From Calditrichia bacterium (GTDB taxonomy: Bacteria; Calditrichota; Calditrichia; JAJRVZ01), in the NCBI GenBank assembly GCA_963796965.1, contig CAWCNS010000007.1:288001-352000 (forward strand): a stretch of DNA of 64,000 nt. Direction: 5' to 3'. Within the stretch, counting starts at the first letter, position 1. The number at the start of each line of letters is the position of its first letter. The position numbers were made by a program, and so were the translations under genes. Shown piece after piece: positions 42,919 to 53,368 of the stretch. Under the pieces are notes generated by a model. The model was not told the DNA's origin and did not search any database. It was given only the letters and a program-made list of their open reading frames with translations.

Positions 42919-43343
42919 ATGTCTCCCATTTTTACAATTTTGATCTTCACCCTGGCCACACCACTGGAAATCATATCAATTTCTTGCGCTGCCCTGTAAG
43001 AAAGGTCGAGAACCCTACCTTTTTTATAAGGCCCCCTATCATTAACGCGTACAATAACAGACTTTTGATTATCTAAATTTATCACCTGCAAGATCGTATT
43101 AAAAGGAAGTGTCTTGTGGGCTGCGGAGATCTTGTACATGTCAAAAACTTCACCATTTGCTGTCTTTCGCCCATGAAATTTATCTGCATAATACGAGGCC
43201 TCACCATAAAAAACCATTCCTACATTTGCATCCATTTTGGGGGCAACAGGAGGATTATTTTGGTGAGAGGCATATCGGGCGCTGGGAGAACAATGATTAA
43301 AAAGTAAAGATACGAGCGCCATAAGAAAAAAATAATATCGCAA
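42915..43343 (-). CDS. rlpA: RlpA-family lytic transglycosylase lipoprotein
   Basis: ASYY..FHGRKTANGE, AAHKTLPF, NDRGP, DLS. Confidence 0.93.
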   Translation of the reverse strand: MRYYFFLMALVSLLFNHCSPSARYASHQNNPPVAPKMDANVGMVFYGEASYYADKFHGRKTANGEVFDMYKISAAHKTLPFNTILQVINLDNQKSVIVRVNDRGPYKKGRVLDLSYRAAQEIDMISSGVARVKIKIVKMGDM

Positions 43344-43428
43344 TATAAAAATTCCTGGAAGGGGTTGTCTGATTATAAAGATTTAGGTTCTCAATCTTAG
43401 AAGATACATACGTCATAAATATACAGGT

Positions 43429-45411
43429 TTAATTGTCTGGTTTAGCCTGATCCTGATCTTTGACGTTGATACTTTGCTCCACCTGGGCAGGTGCCGGCCA
43501 TTCTTGAATCTCTCCGCCGTTATCAGTACTGTCTGGCTGTGTTAGGTCTTGGGTATTCTCCTGGGAAGTACCGGTTGAATCGTTACTCACCGCTTTTTCA
43601 ACAGGAGGTATTTTGATTTTATTTTTTGCGATCTTTCCAATCTCTGTATTTGGATACTCTTCAGCTACAATCGTATACGCATGGACGGCACTAGGAACAT
43701 CTTCCAATTCATTTTCATAAATCCAGGCATTAGCATATCTTGCCTTTTGAGCTATTTCACTCCCGGAATCCTCAACAGCGATCTGTGTAAAAAGATCAAT
43801 AGCATCATAATATTGCCCATCAGATAATAATGCTTCGCCTTGGAGGAAAAGATATTTATACGGTGATTCCTCTTCCCTGTCCACTAATTCGCTTTCATCT
43901 TGACCTTGAAAATATTTTGCATAGATTGAATTGGGAAATATATCAATAATAACATTCTTAATTGAATCTGCTTTTTCAGAATCATCTAATTCATATCCAT
44001 ATATGTAATATAATGCATAGTGAGCCTTAGGTACCAGGATACTATCTTCAGATAAAACAATAAATTTATTGTAGGCAGTTATAGCACTGTCATAATTTAC
44101 CAATGTCAGAAGAAAAAACTCAGCTTTTGCAAATCGATTTTTCTCTAAAGAGGTTTCAATACTCGCTAATGTTCTCGCTGTCGGTTTTTTTGCCGGTGCT
44201 TTATTATTTGTATTACGTTTATTGCTTTGAGTTTCATCTTCATCTTCATCTTCCTCAACGGCAACATCGGACGTTTCAACAGAATCTTCATTTGTTGATT
44301 GTTCTTGTATCTTTATTAGATCCTCAATATCCCGTGTTATATTTCCTTTAATTTTCTGGTATTGATCAAGAATCCGTGCCCTCTCGTCAGCCAGTTCAGT
44401 TAATTCTGATTGCCGGTACTCTTTACCGACTCTTTGGTAAAGAACTTTAGCAGAATCCAAAGATGAATATGCAAACTCCATTAACTGGCCCATACCATAA
44501 GCAGCAATTGCAGAACCCTTTGTTTTAGGATAGAGCTCCAGGACATCGTCATACTCTTCTGTCGCTTCAATATAAAGACCCTTAAATTTGTATAAATCAC
44601 CAATTTTTGCTCTAATTACCGACTTATTGTTGAGAAATCTGTTGTCAGAAGAGTTTTCCTCTAAGAGTTGGATTGCCAGATCGTACTGGTCCATTTCAAT
44701 ATGACAATCTATTTTCCTCATGAATGCAGAGAACAGAAAATCGATTTGAGTATTATATTTCTTTACCTGTTGAAAGTTTTCTGCAGATACCTCATACTCT
44801 TCTTGATTAAAGTAAGTTTCTGCAATTAAGAATTGAGCAGCGGCGCTTAGGTCATCATCATCAGAGGCATCAATTGCATTATTCAACTGATCACGGGCAT
44901 TATCATACAGTTCCTTTTTGAAATACACACTTCCTAAACTTAAATAGACTTGAGCATTAATGTTGTCATCCTCGTCCGCTGATAATGCCAGGTTGAGATA
45001 CTGGATTGCTTCATCATCACGATCCAATTTCTCCAGGGCCTTCCCCAACCACAAATTTGCTTCTGTAATCAAGTCACTATTAGGATAGCGATCCACAAAT
45101 TGTTGTAGTTGTCTCTCCGATTTTACATATTCCTCTACTTGCCAATGACTTTTACCAATTAATAATAGAGCGTCGTCAGAGTAAGCGCTACTGTCTCCAT
45201 AAATGTTGAGTAATTTCCAGCATTTATTGATTGTGTCATAAAAGTCCTTACGCATTTCTGCCGTAATTTCTTTTCCGGTACTCTCCTTAATTTTCTTTTC
45301 ACCGCTGGCATATTTCTCCTCAGCATTAAACATAATATTGTAATAGGCGCAGCTTGTTATAAGGACTATAGATGAAATGAGCAGTAGGTATTTTATTCTA
45401 TATGTTAGCAT
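43429..45411 (-). CDS. TPR-repeat lipoprotein
   Basis: Lipobox ITSC; many TPR helices; CAYYNIMFNA. Confidence 0.82.
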   Translation of the reverse strand: MLTYRIKYLLLISSIVLITSCAYYNIMFNAEEKYASGEKKIKESTGKEITAEMRKDFYDTINKCWKLLNIYGDSSAYSDDALLLIGKSHWQVEEYVKSERQLQQFVDRYPNSDLITEANLWLGKALEKLDRDDEAIQYLNLALSADEDDNINAQVYLSLGSVYFKKELYDNARDQLNNAIDASDDDDLSAAAQFLIAETYFNQEEYEVSAENFQQVKKYNTQIDFLFSAFMRKIDCHIEMDQYDLAIQLLEENSSDNRFLNNKSVIRAKIGDLYKFKGLYIEATEEYDDVLELYPKTKGSAIAAYGMGQLMEFAYSSLDSAKVLYQRVGKEYRQSELTELADERARILDQYQKIKGNITRDIEDLIKIQEQSTNEDSVETSDVAVEEDEDEDETQSNKRNTNNKAPAKKPTARTLASIETSLEKNRFAKAEFFLLTLVNYDSAITAYNKFIVLSEDSILVPKAHYALYYIYGYELDDSEKADSIKNVIIDIFPNSIYAKYFQGQDESELVDREEESPYKYLFLQGEALLSDGQYYDAIDLFTQIAVEDSGSEIAQKARYANAWIYENELEDVPSAVHAYTIVAEEYPNTEIGKIAKNKIKIPPVEKAVSNDSTGTSQENTQDLTQPDSTDNGGEIQEWPAPAQVEQSINVKDQDQAKPDN

Positions 45412-45419
45412 AGATTCTT

Positions 45420-46157
45420 TTATGATAGAAGTTTTTCAGTTATTATAACCAAAGCTGGTAATATTTTTCCTGCAGAACCACGGAGAGATTCATCAGCTTG
45501 AGGTGTCAAAGGGGTTTCTTCTGAATTAATTTCCACTACATATGCTCCATTAGCCTTAGCTAAGAGTGGAAGCGAGGCAGCCGGTTCGACCAAACTAGAA
45601 GTTCCAATGGAAAAGAAAATCTCACAGCCTGCTGAAACTTCATGTGCTTGTCTTAATACATTTTCTGCAAGATTTTCACCAAATAGAACGACATCTGGCC
45701 TGAGAAGACCGTTACAGTGTAGGCATTTTGGTACATCAGCACCAGGATTGATTGCATCATTGTGCGGTTTATTACAGGATGAACACTTAGTCTTATAAAT
45801 ATTTCCGTGCAATTCGATCACCTTCTTGTTTCCGGCCTCCTGATGCAAATTATCAACATTCTGTGTAATTAACTCAAAATCCTCAAATATTCTTTCAAAA
45901 TCAACCAGGCTGTAATGCCCAAGATTTGGCTTAACATCATTAATAAGTTTTTTTCGCCAATCATAAAACTTCCAGAATAATTCCGGATTACTAGCCAAGG
46001 CAATAGGGCTTGCCAATTCTTCAACTTTGTTATTTTCCCAAATTCCATCTTTTCCCCGAAACGTTGGTACACCGCTCTCAGCTGAAATTCCAGCCCCTGT
46101 CATTACAGTTACGGATGATGCATTTTTTATTCTTGTAAGTAGCTTTTGACTTAACAT
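45420..46157 (-). CDS. cobB: NAD-dependent deacylase (sirtuin)
   Basis: GAGISAESGVPTFRG, QNVDNLH, HG, two CxxC; RBS before ATG 46157. Confidence 0.93.
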   Translation of the reverse strand: MLSQKLLTRIKNASSVTVMTGAGISAESGVPTFRGKDGIWENNKVEELASPIALASNPELFWKFYDWRKKLINDVKPNLGHYSLVDFERIFEDFELITQNVDNLHQEAGNKKVIELHGNIYKTKCSSCNKPHNDAINPGADVPKCLHCNGLLRPDVVLFGENLAENVLRQAHEVSAGCEIFFSIGTSSLVEPAASLPLLAKANGAYVVEINSEETPLTPQADESLRGSAGKILPALVIITEKLLS

Positions 46158-46224
46158 ATTCCTCCCAATTTGCTCAGCTCTTTCCAAATCCATAATCATT
46201 CTGATATTCACCACAAAATAAAAA

Positions 46225-46285
46225 GCTACTCTGAATTTTGTTCAGGATTCTCATGGTGTAGATTCTTAAACAATTCAGATAATAC
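46225..46285. repeat. Degenerate REP-like double hairpin
   Basis: CTGAATTTTGTTCAGGATT...AGATTCTTAAACAATTCAGA, related to 56894-56962. Confidence 0.45.
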
Positions 46286-46361
46286 TCTGATTCATTCCTT
46301 GTAGGGTATTCAGACTCTCGATATAGGTATTTAAATATCATTCATATTCCAGTTGCTCAGA

Positions 46362-47144
46362 TTACAGATCATTCAAATTCCAGTTATACTCAATAAAAAC
46401 AACCTCATACTGATATAAATTATTCTTAATTTCATGCTCATAATATAGTTTAATGAAATCGAGCAAATGAGGTTCCTTAATATTCTTATTTTTTATAAGA
46501 TATTCATAAAAATCAGTATCATACCAATCAAATATAGAACTCAAATAAATTATTTTTTCTTTATTATCAATTTTAAAATTTTCTCTATCATTGATAAAGT
46601 TACGTGTACTTGACTCCATTTGTTCGTTCAAAGTAGATGGCATATATGCACGGTTAACCAGGGGTGGGCAGCTGTAAGAAGCACAATTAATAGCAAAATG
46701 AATTCGGGGATCCTTAAATTCACTCCGAATGATATCATCTTCGAGAGATTTGAACGATATATTTTCTCCACCGATTAAATTTTTATGAAGCCAGATGGTA
46801 AAACCGATAAAATTTATATCCTTTATACTCTCAATTGGATAATTATCAATAATAATTCTCAGGATAAATGCATTGTAAGCATTAATCCAGAATGCTAATT
46901 TCTCATTCGTTGTCTTGAAATTTGCAGGATGGGATTTCGGTGAGATTTTGCCCATTTCCTCAGTAAAGGCGAATAGTTTTTTCTTCTCCTTCAACAAATT
47001 CTTATAATCAACTTTTTTATCATGTACATAAGTCTTAAGTAGATCGTTTAGAGGGGCATAATCAATTTGTGCGGATAATAAGCCAGGAACTGTGGATATA
47101 GTCAGGAAGATGATGAGTATAAATTTTAATAATGAAAAATGCAT
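46362..47144 (-). CDS. DUF547 family secreted protein
   Basis: LAFWINAYN, DPRIHFAINCASYSCP, YNWNLN. Confidence 0.9.
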   Translation of the reverse strand: MHFSLLKFILIIFLTISTVPGLLSAQIDYAPLNDLLKTYVHDKKVDYKNLLKEKKKLFAFTEEMGKISPKSHPANFKTTNEKLAFWINAYNAFILRIIIDNYPIESIKDINFIGFTIWLHKNLIGGENISFKSLEDDIIRSEFKDPRIHFAINCASYSCPPLVNRAYMPSTLNEQMESSTRNFINDRENFKIDNKEKIIYLSSIFDWYDTDFYEYLIKNKNIKEPHLLDFIKLYYEHEIKNNLYQYEVVFIEYNWNLNDL

Positions 47145-47162
47145 GTATCCCCCATTCAAATA

Positions 47163-48116
47163 TTAATGAGTATAAAACCACACTAAAATATCGGGAAAGA
47201 CAGATAGTAGCAAGAAAGCAACAATTGCAATAAAACCCATCTTAATCATATTGATTGAGAGGTTTCTGTACTTAACCGGGTTGATAAATTTACCCATATT
47301 TGTTAGTAAAATGATGGAGGCTACATTACAAAAAACCGAGATACTTATAAATAATGAAAATATCCAACCAACATAAGAATATTGCCAGGATAAAAGAAAA
47401 ACGCGGGTATGAAAATTATCATTCCAACCCAAATTTATAGAACCGCTAAGGAGTGTGAGCATCAAACTACTTATTATCAATAATAAAAGAGTCAGCCAAT
47501 ATTGCTTGAGTATCCTCAGTGAACGTTTGAGAATATACATAACAAAGAGAAAACTGAGTACGAGCAATAAGGAAAAATTCATCACTAGCAATGGAAGATA
47601 ATCATCCAAAACTTCAGCCATATGGAAGATTTTGCCGACAGCTCGGAGTGAATACATATGCTGGTATCCCTGGTAACTCAAAAGAAATGTGAGTACCAGA
47701 TCAACCACCGCCAAAAGAAGAGAATAAAAAAATAATTTTTTGAGATAAAGGGTTCGTTCTTCTATCTTTATTTCTTTTTTTATCTGGATAAAATACCAAA
47801 TCAATATCCAGAAAACACTAAATATTAAACTAACCAGCAGAAGATGAACCACTTCATTGGGTAAGTAGGCAAATGAAAGCAATTCAGAAGGTGCTAGCAG
47901 AAGAAGAATAATTCTGGATGCGAAAAGCAAGAAAATTAATGTGAGAGTTGTTTGAGACCAAAGTTCAAGCCTGGCGCTTTTTTTTCTATACAGATCAGTC
48001 TTATCTGATCCTCTGATTAATAACACCTCTTTTAATGACTCCAGGCCCAATGCCGAAAAAAATAATATCAAACCAAGGGAAATGAATGTCATTAATAATA
48101 TATACTCAAAAATCAC
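47163..48116 (-). CDS. Hypothetical polytopic membrane protein
   Basis: About 8 hydrophobic segments; no recognised motif. Confidence 0.7.
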   Translation of the reverse strand: MIFEYILLMTFISLGLILFFSALGLESLKEVLLIRGSDKTDLYRKKSARLELWSQTTLTLIFLLFASRIILLLLAPSELLSFAYLPNEVVHLLLVSLIFSVFWILIWYFIQIKKEIKIEERTLYLKKLFFYSLLLAVVDLVLTFLLSYQGYQHMYSLRAVGKIFHMAEVLDDYLPLLVMNFSLLLVLSFLFVMYILKRSLRILKQYWLTLLLLIISSLMLTLLSGSINLGWNDNFHTRVFLLSWQYSYVGWIFSLFISISVFCNVASIILLTNMGKFINPVKYRNLSINMIKMGFIAIVAFLLLSVFPDILVWFYTH

Positions 48117-48351
48117 GATATTCCCTTAAAATATAGAACTTGGATTAGTGCAGACTTACGTCTTACTATATCCAATAAAGATAATCGCAAAACGATAAAG
48201 TTGTTTAGCCACAGAAGAAACAGATCTTATTAGAATTCTCAGTACCACCTATGGTGGTAAATCTTTTATCTTTTTTTAAAAACCGAACGGCCAGAGGCAG
48301 GCACTCACCCGAATGGTGAGTCCTAGGATCTCTGCCGCTAAAATTGTTGCG

Positions 48352-49026
48352 CTATTTTAGTAATACCAATTGTGATTCTGCATCTTTTGCTCTGCTGCTT
48401 TTGGCAGATTCATCCGTGAGTTGTTCAAAAATTGACCTTGCCTTTTCGATGTCCCCTGCCTTTTTATAACAAAGCCCGGCAAGATAATATTGGTTGTCCG
48501 CTTCAGGGAAATCTGGAGCGGTCTCTGCTGCTCGTTCATAAAGATCCCCGGCCTCTTCAAAATTATTAACAGCTTCCTCGCATGCTGCCAAACCAGCATA
48601 TCCGGATGATAACAATATATTACTACCACTATAATCATTTACAAATTTTTCGAAATATTCACGGGCCTGCTCATATTTTTGTTGCTGGAAATGAATATTT
48701 GCCAACAGAAAGATGCCCTGATCTGCAGCATCACTGCCATCATAATCCTCAATTAATCTTCCCAATCTCTCGCTGGCTTTGGTTAGTTGGCCATTTGTAA
48801 ATTCAATTTCAGCAATCCCGAGCTGTGAATTGGCTTCCGCTTCTGTTTGCTGAGATTCATAATATAAAAATATAAAAATAACGACGATGGCCAGAATAGC
48901 AAGGCCTATACGTAAAAGTTTTTGATAATGCATGTCAATATACGTTTTCGCTTGCAGGGTAAATTTTACAAATTTATCTTCCTTCAGCTCTTGTTTGGTG
49001 ATCTTTTTCTTCGGCTTTAACATCAT
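48352..49026 (-). CDS. Membrane-anchored TPR protein (YfgM-like)
   Basis: ELKEDKFV, single TM, TPR repeats. Confidence 0.8.
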   Translation of the reverse strand: MMLKPKKKITKQELKEDKFVKFTLQAKTYIDMHYQKLLRIGLAILAIVVIFIFLYYESQQTEAEANSQLGIAEIEFTNGQLTKASERLGRLIEDYDGSDAADQGIFLLANIHFQQQKYEQAREYFEKFVNDYSGSNILLSSGYAGLAACEEAVNNFEEAGDLYERAAETAPDFPEADNQYYLAGLCYKKAGDIEKARSIFEQLTDESAKSSRAKDAESQLVLLK

Positions 49027-49249
49027 TTCTCCTGTAGAAACACAATTATAAATTCTAAATTTTTAATTATAAATAAGATACCATTTTCAAATGTAGATAT
49101 TTATCATAAATGGTCATAATATCCATATAATTTAACCATTACAGACGAATAGAGCAATTTCTCTTCTTAAATTTATATCTCTGAAAAGTATTTTATTATA
49201 GCCACCTCAAAAATATGATTGATGTGGAGGGATAAACCTACGACACAAG

Positions 49250-49278
49250 AAAAAAGGGACGCGGCTTACCGCGTCCCT
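49250..49278 (-). terminator. Intrinsic terminator after tRNA-Arg
   Basis: AGGGACGCGG-CTTA-CCGCGTCCCT with T tract on the - strand. Confidence 0.85.
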
Positions 49279-49300
49279 ACAAACTACAGATAATAATAAA

Positions 49301-49377
49301 TGGTACCCCAGGAGGGATTCGAACCCCCGACACATGGCTTAGGAAGCCACTGCTCTATCCGGCTGAGCTACTGGGGC
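49301..49377 (-). tRNA. tRNA-Arg(CCT), CCA encoded
   Basis: Reverse complement GCCCCAGTAGCTCAG...GTGGC-TTCCTAA-GCCAT...GGTTCGAATCC...CTGGGGTACCA. Confidence 0.96.
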
Positions 49378-49513
49378 AGGAAAGCAATTAATAATTTATA
49401 CTTATCGCCACTTCTCGCAATCTGTCCCGAAATGTCCAAAATCTTTGATTATGAAACTATTTCCTAAGATTTATTGTCTCTTAATTTATAAAAATGAAAG
49501 TTTTAAGGCAAGG

Positions 49514-49783
49514 TTATAAATTAGGCTGCTTGTCCTTATCCTTTAATAATAAAATGCTTATAGTACATGCAATCAGAGCCGCAATCAAATCGTACAATGT
49601 ATCTCTTAAAAAGTGGTTAAAACCGGAATAGGCATCTAAGTTATACAGTAATTCTGCCGCTTCCCAGGCTATTGCCACTCCCAAAACTATTATAAATGCC
49701 TGTAGTTTCCGGTACCATCTAAAAGCAATTATAAATAACCATGTTGCCAATATCATGTGTTGATAAAAATCTATGTCGAACAT
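49514..49783 (-). CDS. Small hypothetical membrane protein
   Basis: Three hydrophobic segments; WE..E and DT..DL pattern. Confidence 0.6.
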   Translation of the reverse strand: MFDIDFYQHMILATWLFIIAFRWYRKLQAFIIVLGVAIAWEAAELLYNLDAYSGFNHFLRDTLYDLIAALIACTISILLLKDKDKQPNL

Positions 49784-49867
49784 GATTCTGCTCTCATCGT
49801 AATATAAAATTATTTATTAGTCATTCACCATTCAATACAGTATAGTTGTATTGGTTATAAAATGGAC

Positions 49868-49898
49868 AAAAAAAAAGGGGATACATAGGCATCCCCTT
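49868..49898 (-). terminator. Intrinsic terminator after the FadL-like gene
   Basis: AAGGGGAT-N8-ATCCCCTT with long T tract on the - strand. Confidence 0.8.
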
Positions 49899-49918
49899 AA
49901 TAGTGTTTTTTATTAAAA

Positions 49919-51130
49919 TTATTTTCCCAAATGTATGGTAGCACCAAGTGTAAGCCTAAAATCAGATAAACTGTATTCTACATTATACTCAGAACCATTG
50001 TTAGTATCACTATCACCATAATAGGAACCAAAGATATATTCGAGAGATCCGTCAAGAATAAAGCTGCCCATAACCAAACCAAGACCACCTGTTATAGCAT
50101 TATATGATATTTGATCACCATCTTCACGATTCACATAATCATAGGCGGTTGCAGGGGTTGGTAAGGTGTAGAAACCAAGACGGACGGGTAAAATTGCTTT
50201 TCCGGATTGGATCAGATATTCGAGACCAACATGAATGGAATTCGCATCTTGCAATCCCCAGTCTTCTTCATCAAGTTGATTCCCATCAATGAAGTACTCA
50301 GAACCGGACCAGGACCGGCTACGAAAATCTGCAGCGAGCGATAAATTGTCGGTTGCTCTGAATAAAATACCCAATGCCCAGAAAAAAGGTACATTCAGGT
50401 CATAAACTGTGTCCGATCCACCATCCTGGCCCTTTACTGTTTCTGTCAACGTATAAGGTAAATAGAGATTAGCGCCGATAGACACTTTTGGGCTTGGTTT
50501 TACCAAAACACCTATATCAACGGAAGTTCCTGAAAAATCAGATTCTCCTTCGTATTTTTCACCATCATAATCTTCTTCCTTGTTCTCCCAACTACCACCT
50601 AGAATATTAAGCACAGCGCCCACAGAAAACATTTCATTAATTTGAACTGCGACAGCTGGAGAAATGGCAGTTACACCACCCGTTTCTTCATCGGTGGATG
50701 TAAATTCTTCATCATCACCATCAACCTTTGCAGTCCATTCTAAGGTTTTGTTAAAATCATAAAGCGTCCGATAGGCGACACCCCCAACAATACTAATGTC
50801 ACCAGCCTGAAAAGGAACAACGAAGCTGGCAAAATTTAGATGAATACCGGACGACAGGCTTCCACTAATGTCATAATTAGTATAATCTGTACTAATAGAG
50901 CCCCAACCTAATTTTCCAATCACACTGGCTTCCATGCTATACAATTGTGTCAATCCAGCTGAATTCCAGGATATGGCTGTCGCATCATCAGCAACACCCG
51001 TAAAGGCATAGCCCATACCAGCTGCTCTGGCGCCGTTTCCGGTTAGAGCAAATTGTTCCTGTGCCAATAAAGATTGCCCCATTAGAACAATTAACACAAC
51101 AGTAAATATTATTAAAAATTTTTGCATCAT
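49919..51130 (-). CDS. FadL/OmpP1-like outer-membrane beta-barrel
   Basis: Signal peptide, GARAAGMG..ADDATAISWNSAGL, amphipathic strands. Confidence 0.8.
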   Translation of the reverse strand: MMQKFLIIFTVVLIVLMGQSLLAQEQFALTGNGARAAGMGYAFTGVADDATAISWNSAGLTQLYSMEASVIGKLGWGSISTDYTNYDISGSLSSGIHLNFASFVVPFQAGDISIVGGVAYRTLYDFNKTLEWTAKVDGDDEEFTSTDEETGGVTAISPAVAVQINEMFSVGAVLNILGGSWENKEEDYDGEKYEGESDFSGTSVDIGVLVKPSPKVSIGANLYLPYTLTETVKGQDGGSDTVYDLNVPFFWALGILFRATDNLSLAADFRSRSWSGSEYFIDGNQLDEEDWGLQDANSIHVGLEYLIQSGKAILPVRLGFYTLPTPATAYDYVNREDGDQISYNAITGGLGLVMGSFILDGSLEYIFGSYYGDSDTNNGSEYNVEYSLSDFRLTLGATIHLGK

Positions 51131-51158
51131 TCCCTCCCAATTTGATTAATCATGTCCG

Positions 51159-52361
51159 TTATTTTGTAATGAATTTATCACCTATAGAAATCATATTTCC
51201 TGAAAACGTAAGTTGTTTTGATACACTGTATTTTTCGAAGGCATCGGAGACTAACACTTCTCCCAAAACAGTTGTCTCTTTTCCCAATATTTCACCGGTA
51301 ATGGGATGCTTAATAGGTGCACCTTCTTTATAAATAACACATTTCATCCCCTTTTTAAGCCCACCATTACGACCAACATCCAATATTAATTGCTCACCAT
51401 CTATCTTTATCACGTAACCATCCACCAACGGCAAAGATTCTGTTATTTTACGGGCCAGATTTTCAACTGCGTTTTTTACATTCTGTGCTTCAGCACTACC
51501 CGTATAGGCATCGTGAGCAACAATAATAGCGGCAGATTCTGTATCAATAACCCTTGCATCTATACTCAGCGAACCGGATGAAGATGCTGCAACACTGCCG
51601 ATTATAATAGCGTCAACTCCTATTCCTTTACCTATCTCTGCGGCTGTGGTAGCATCTAATATGCCTGTTTGACCAAGAGATTGTTCTGCCAATACCTGAT
51701 CCAGAGCTGCCCTCTCCATCACCTTAAAGCGGTCCTGATTCCATAACACAGTGATCATTTTATCAAGAATTATCTCACCCAAATCCCTGCTGGCGCCTTT
51801 GTTTTCAAAAGGAAGAATAGCAACACCCATTCTTTCTCCAACCAATTTGATTGTTTGTTTCCCCACAATCATATCCGGCTCTTTTACCGGAGCACCAGCG
51901 GCTCCGGCTGCGCCTAAAGTTACCCCTGCAGCCCCAACCGCTGCACCACCAGCACTGGCGGCACCGCCCTGTTGATCTATAACCGGAACCTCTTTTTTGC
52001 TTGGCGGAACCCCACCTCCGATTTTGCGCATGTATTCTTTTGCCCGATCAGATGGCTCCTGTGACATAGACAATTTTAATTGCTTACCAGCTTCAGTGGT
52101 TTCACCCAAATTATAAAGACAGATTCCCAGTTCTCTATGAGGAAAGTATTCAATAAAATGCATACCATAGGTACGCACGTTATCGTTGTCCGTGTCATTA
52201 TCTTCGATAGCTTCACGGAAAAATTTTGCAGCTGTTTTATAGTCGTCCTCTATCATGGCCTCCATTCCTTTTTCATAAGTACGGTACCACTCCCCACCAG
52301 CATGAAGATTTCCTTGAATACAGATTGATAAAAGTATGACAAAGAGCCATTTTGATTTCAT
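51159..52361 (-). CDS. Secreted TPR plus CsgG/FlgT-like domain protein
   Basis: Signal peptide from ATG 52361; VAILPF, FKVMER..L.EQ, GVDAIIIG, DARVIDTE. Confidence 0.75.
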   Translation of the reverse strand: MKSKWLFVILLSICIQGNLHAGGEWYRTYEKGMEAMIEDDYKTAAKFFREAIEDNDTDNDNVRTYGMHFIEYFPHRELGICLYNLGETTEAGKQLKLSMSQEPSDRAKEYMRKIGGGVPPSKKEVPVIDQQGGAASAGGAAVGAAGVTLGAAGAAGAPVKEPDMIVGKQTIKLVGERMGVAILPFENKGASRDLGEIILDKMITVLWNQDRFKVMERAALDQVLAEQSLGQTGILDATTAAEIGKGIGVDAIIIGSVAASSSGSLSIDARVIDTESAAIIVAHDAYTGSAEAQNVKNAVENLARKITESLPLVDGYVIKIDGEQLILDVGRNGGLKKGMKCVIYKEGAPIKHPITGEILGKETTVLGEVLVSDAFEKYSVSKQLTFSGNMISIGDKFITK

Positions 52362-52387
52362 ATTAGTGCTCCATATAAGTTTTGTAT

Positions 52388-52538
52388 TTTCTCGCAGCGA
52401 CGCATCAATTGCAATGAAAAAAGAAAAAAGAATTAAGAAAAAAACAGGCTGGTCTGTCAACCCACATGATTAACATAATTTTTTTTCTTTTGTCCTTTTT
52501 CTTCTATCTTATCTTTTTCTGCGTCTTTGCGAGAGAAA
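52388..52538. repeat. Composite repeat A(7-mer/7-mer)A
   Basis: TTTCTCGCAGCGACGCA + AAAAAGA tract ... TCTTTT tract + TCTGCGTCTTTGCGAGAGAAA. Confidence 0.8.
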
Positions 52539-52548
52539 AATAATTATT

Positions 52549-53082
52549 TTAATCGAAATCTATAATAGAGGTAACCTTATATCCCTCTAATAAATTTCTT
52601 CCATCCAGAAAACCCAATTCTATTAAGAATAATAGCGCCTCAACAATACCTCCTGTTTTTTCGATCAGGTTGCATGCTGCTTTCGCTGTCCCTCCCGTTG
52701 CGAGGAGGTCGTCTACGACAAGGATCCTTTGCCCAGGCAATATGGCATCTTTATGTATTTCAATCTTGTCTGTGCCATATTCCAGGGAATATTCTTCCGA
52801 AATGACTTCAGCCGGTAGTTTTCCCGGTTTTCTTATCGGGATAAATCCAACACCCATTTTATAGGATAAAACAGAGCCAAAAATAAAACCCCGCGACTCA
52901 ATGGCTGCAATAGCATCAATAGACATATTTGAAACAGATTCCGCCAAAACATCAATCGCCATACTAAATTGTTCGGAATCCTGTAATAGTGTTGTGATAT
53001 CCTTAAAGATTATCCCCTCTTTAGGATAATCAGGAATATCACGTATTACATTTTTTATTTTTAAAATTCGGTCGTTATTCAT
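52549..53082 (-). CDS. apt: Adenine phosphoribosyltransferase
   Basis: FKDIT, ESRGF, RKPGKLP, VDDLLATGGT. Confidence 0.96.
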   Translation of the reverse strand: MNNDRILKIKNVIRDIPDYPKEGIIFKDITTLLQDSEQFSMAIDVLAESVSNMSIDAIAAIESRGFIFGSVLSYKMGVGFIPIRKPGKLPAEVISEEYSLEYGTDKIEIHKDAILPGQRILVVDDLLATGGTAKAACNLIEKTGGIVEALLFLIELGFLDGRNLLEGYKVTSIIDFD

Positions 53083-53092
53083 TTTTCTGTCA

Positions 53093-53368
53093 TTAATAGT
53101 CGACTATAAAGTTAGTATATTTAGCTTGATAGGCGTCAAAAGTTAAATCTAATTTATTAACTCGTGAAAAACGAGGTCCATCCTTTAATATTTTCCCAAA
53201 CTGCTCAATAAGATCTCTCTCTCCCTCAACTTTCAATTCGACGCTTCCGTCTGAACAATTCCGCACAAAACCGGTCAAGCCCAGCATTTCTGCATTCCGG
53301 ACGGCAAAATAACGATATCCGACACCCTGAACCCGTCCTGATACACGAATATGAGCCGCCACTTTCAT
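53093..53368 (-). CDS. acyP: Acylphosphatase
   Basis: GRVQGVGYR, GFVRN..DGSVE. Confidence 0.94.
   Translation of the reverse strand: MKVAAHIRVSGRVQGVGYRYFAVRNAEMLGLTGFVRNCSDGSVELKVEGERDLIEQFGKILKDGPRFSRVNKLDLTFDAYQAKYTNFIVDY

Noticed and set aside
51890..51970. Gly/Ala-rich GC-rich stretch as a repeat element
   Set aside because: In-frame low-complexity linker within the CsgG-like protein.
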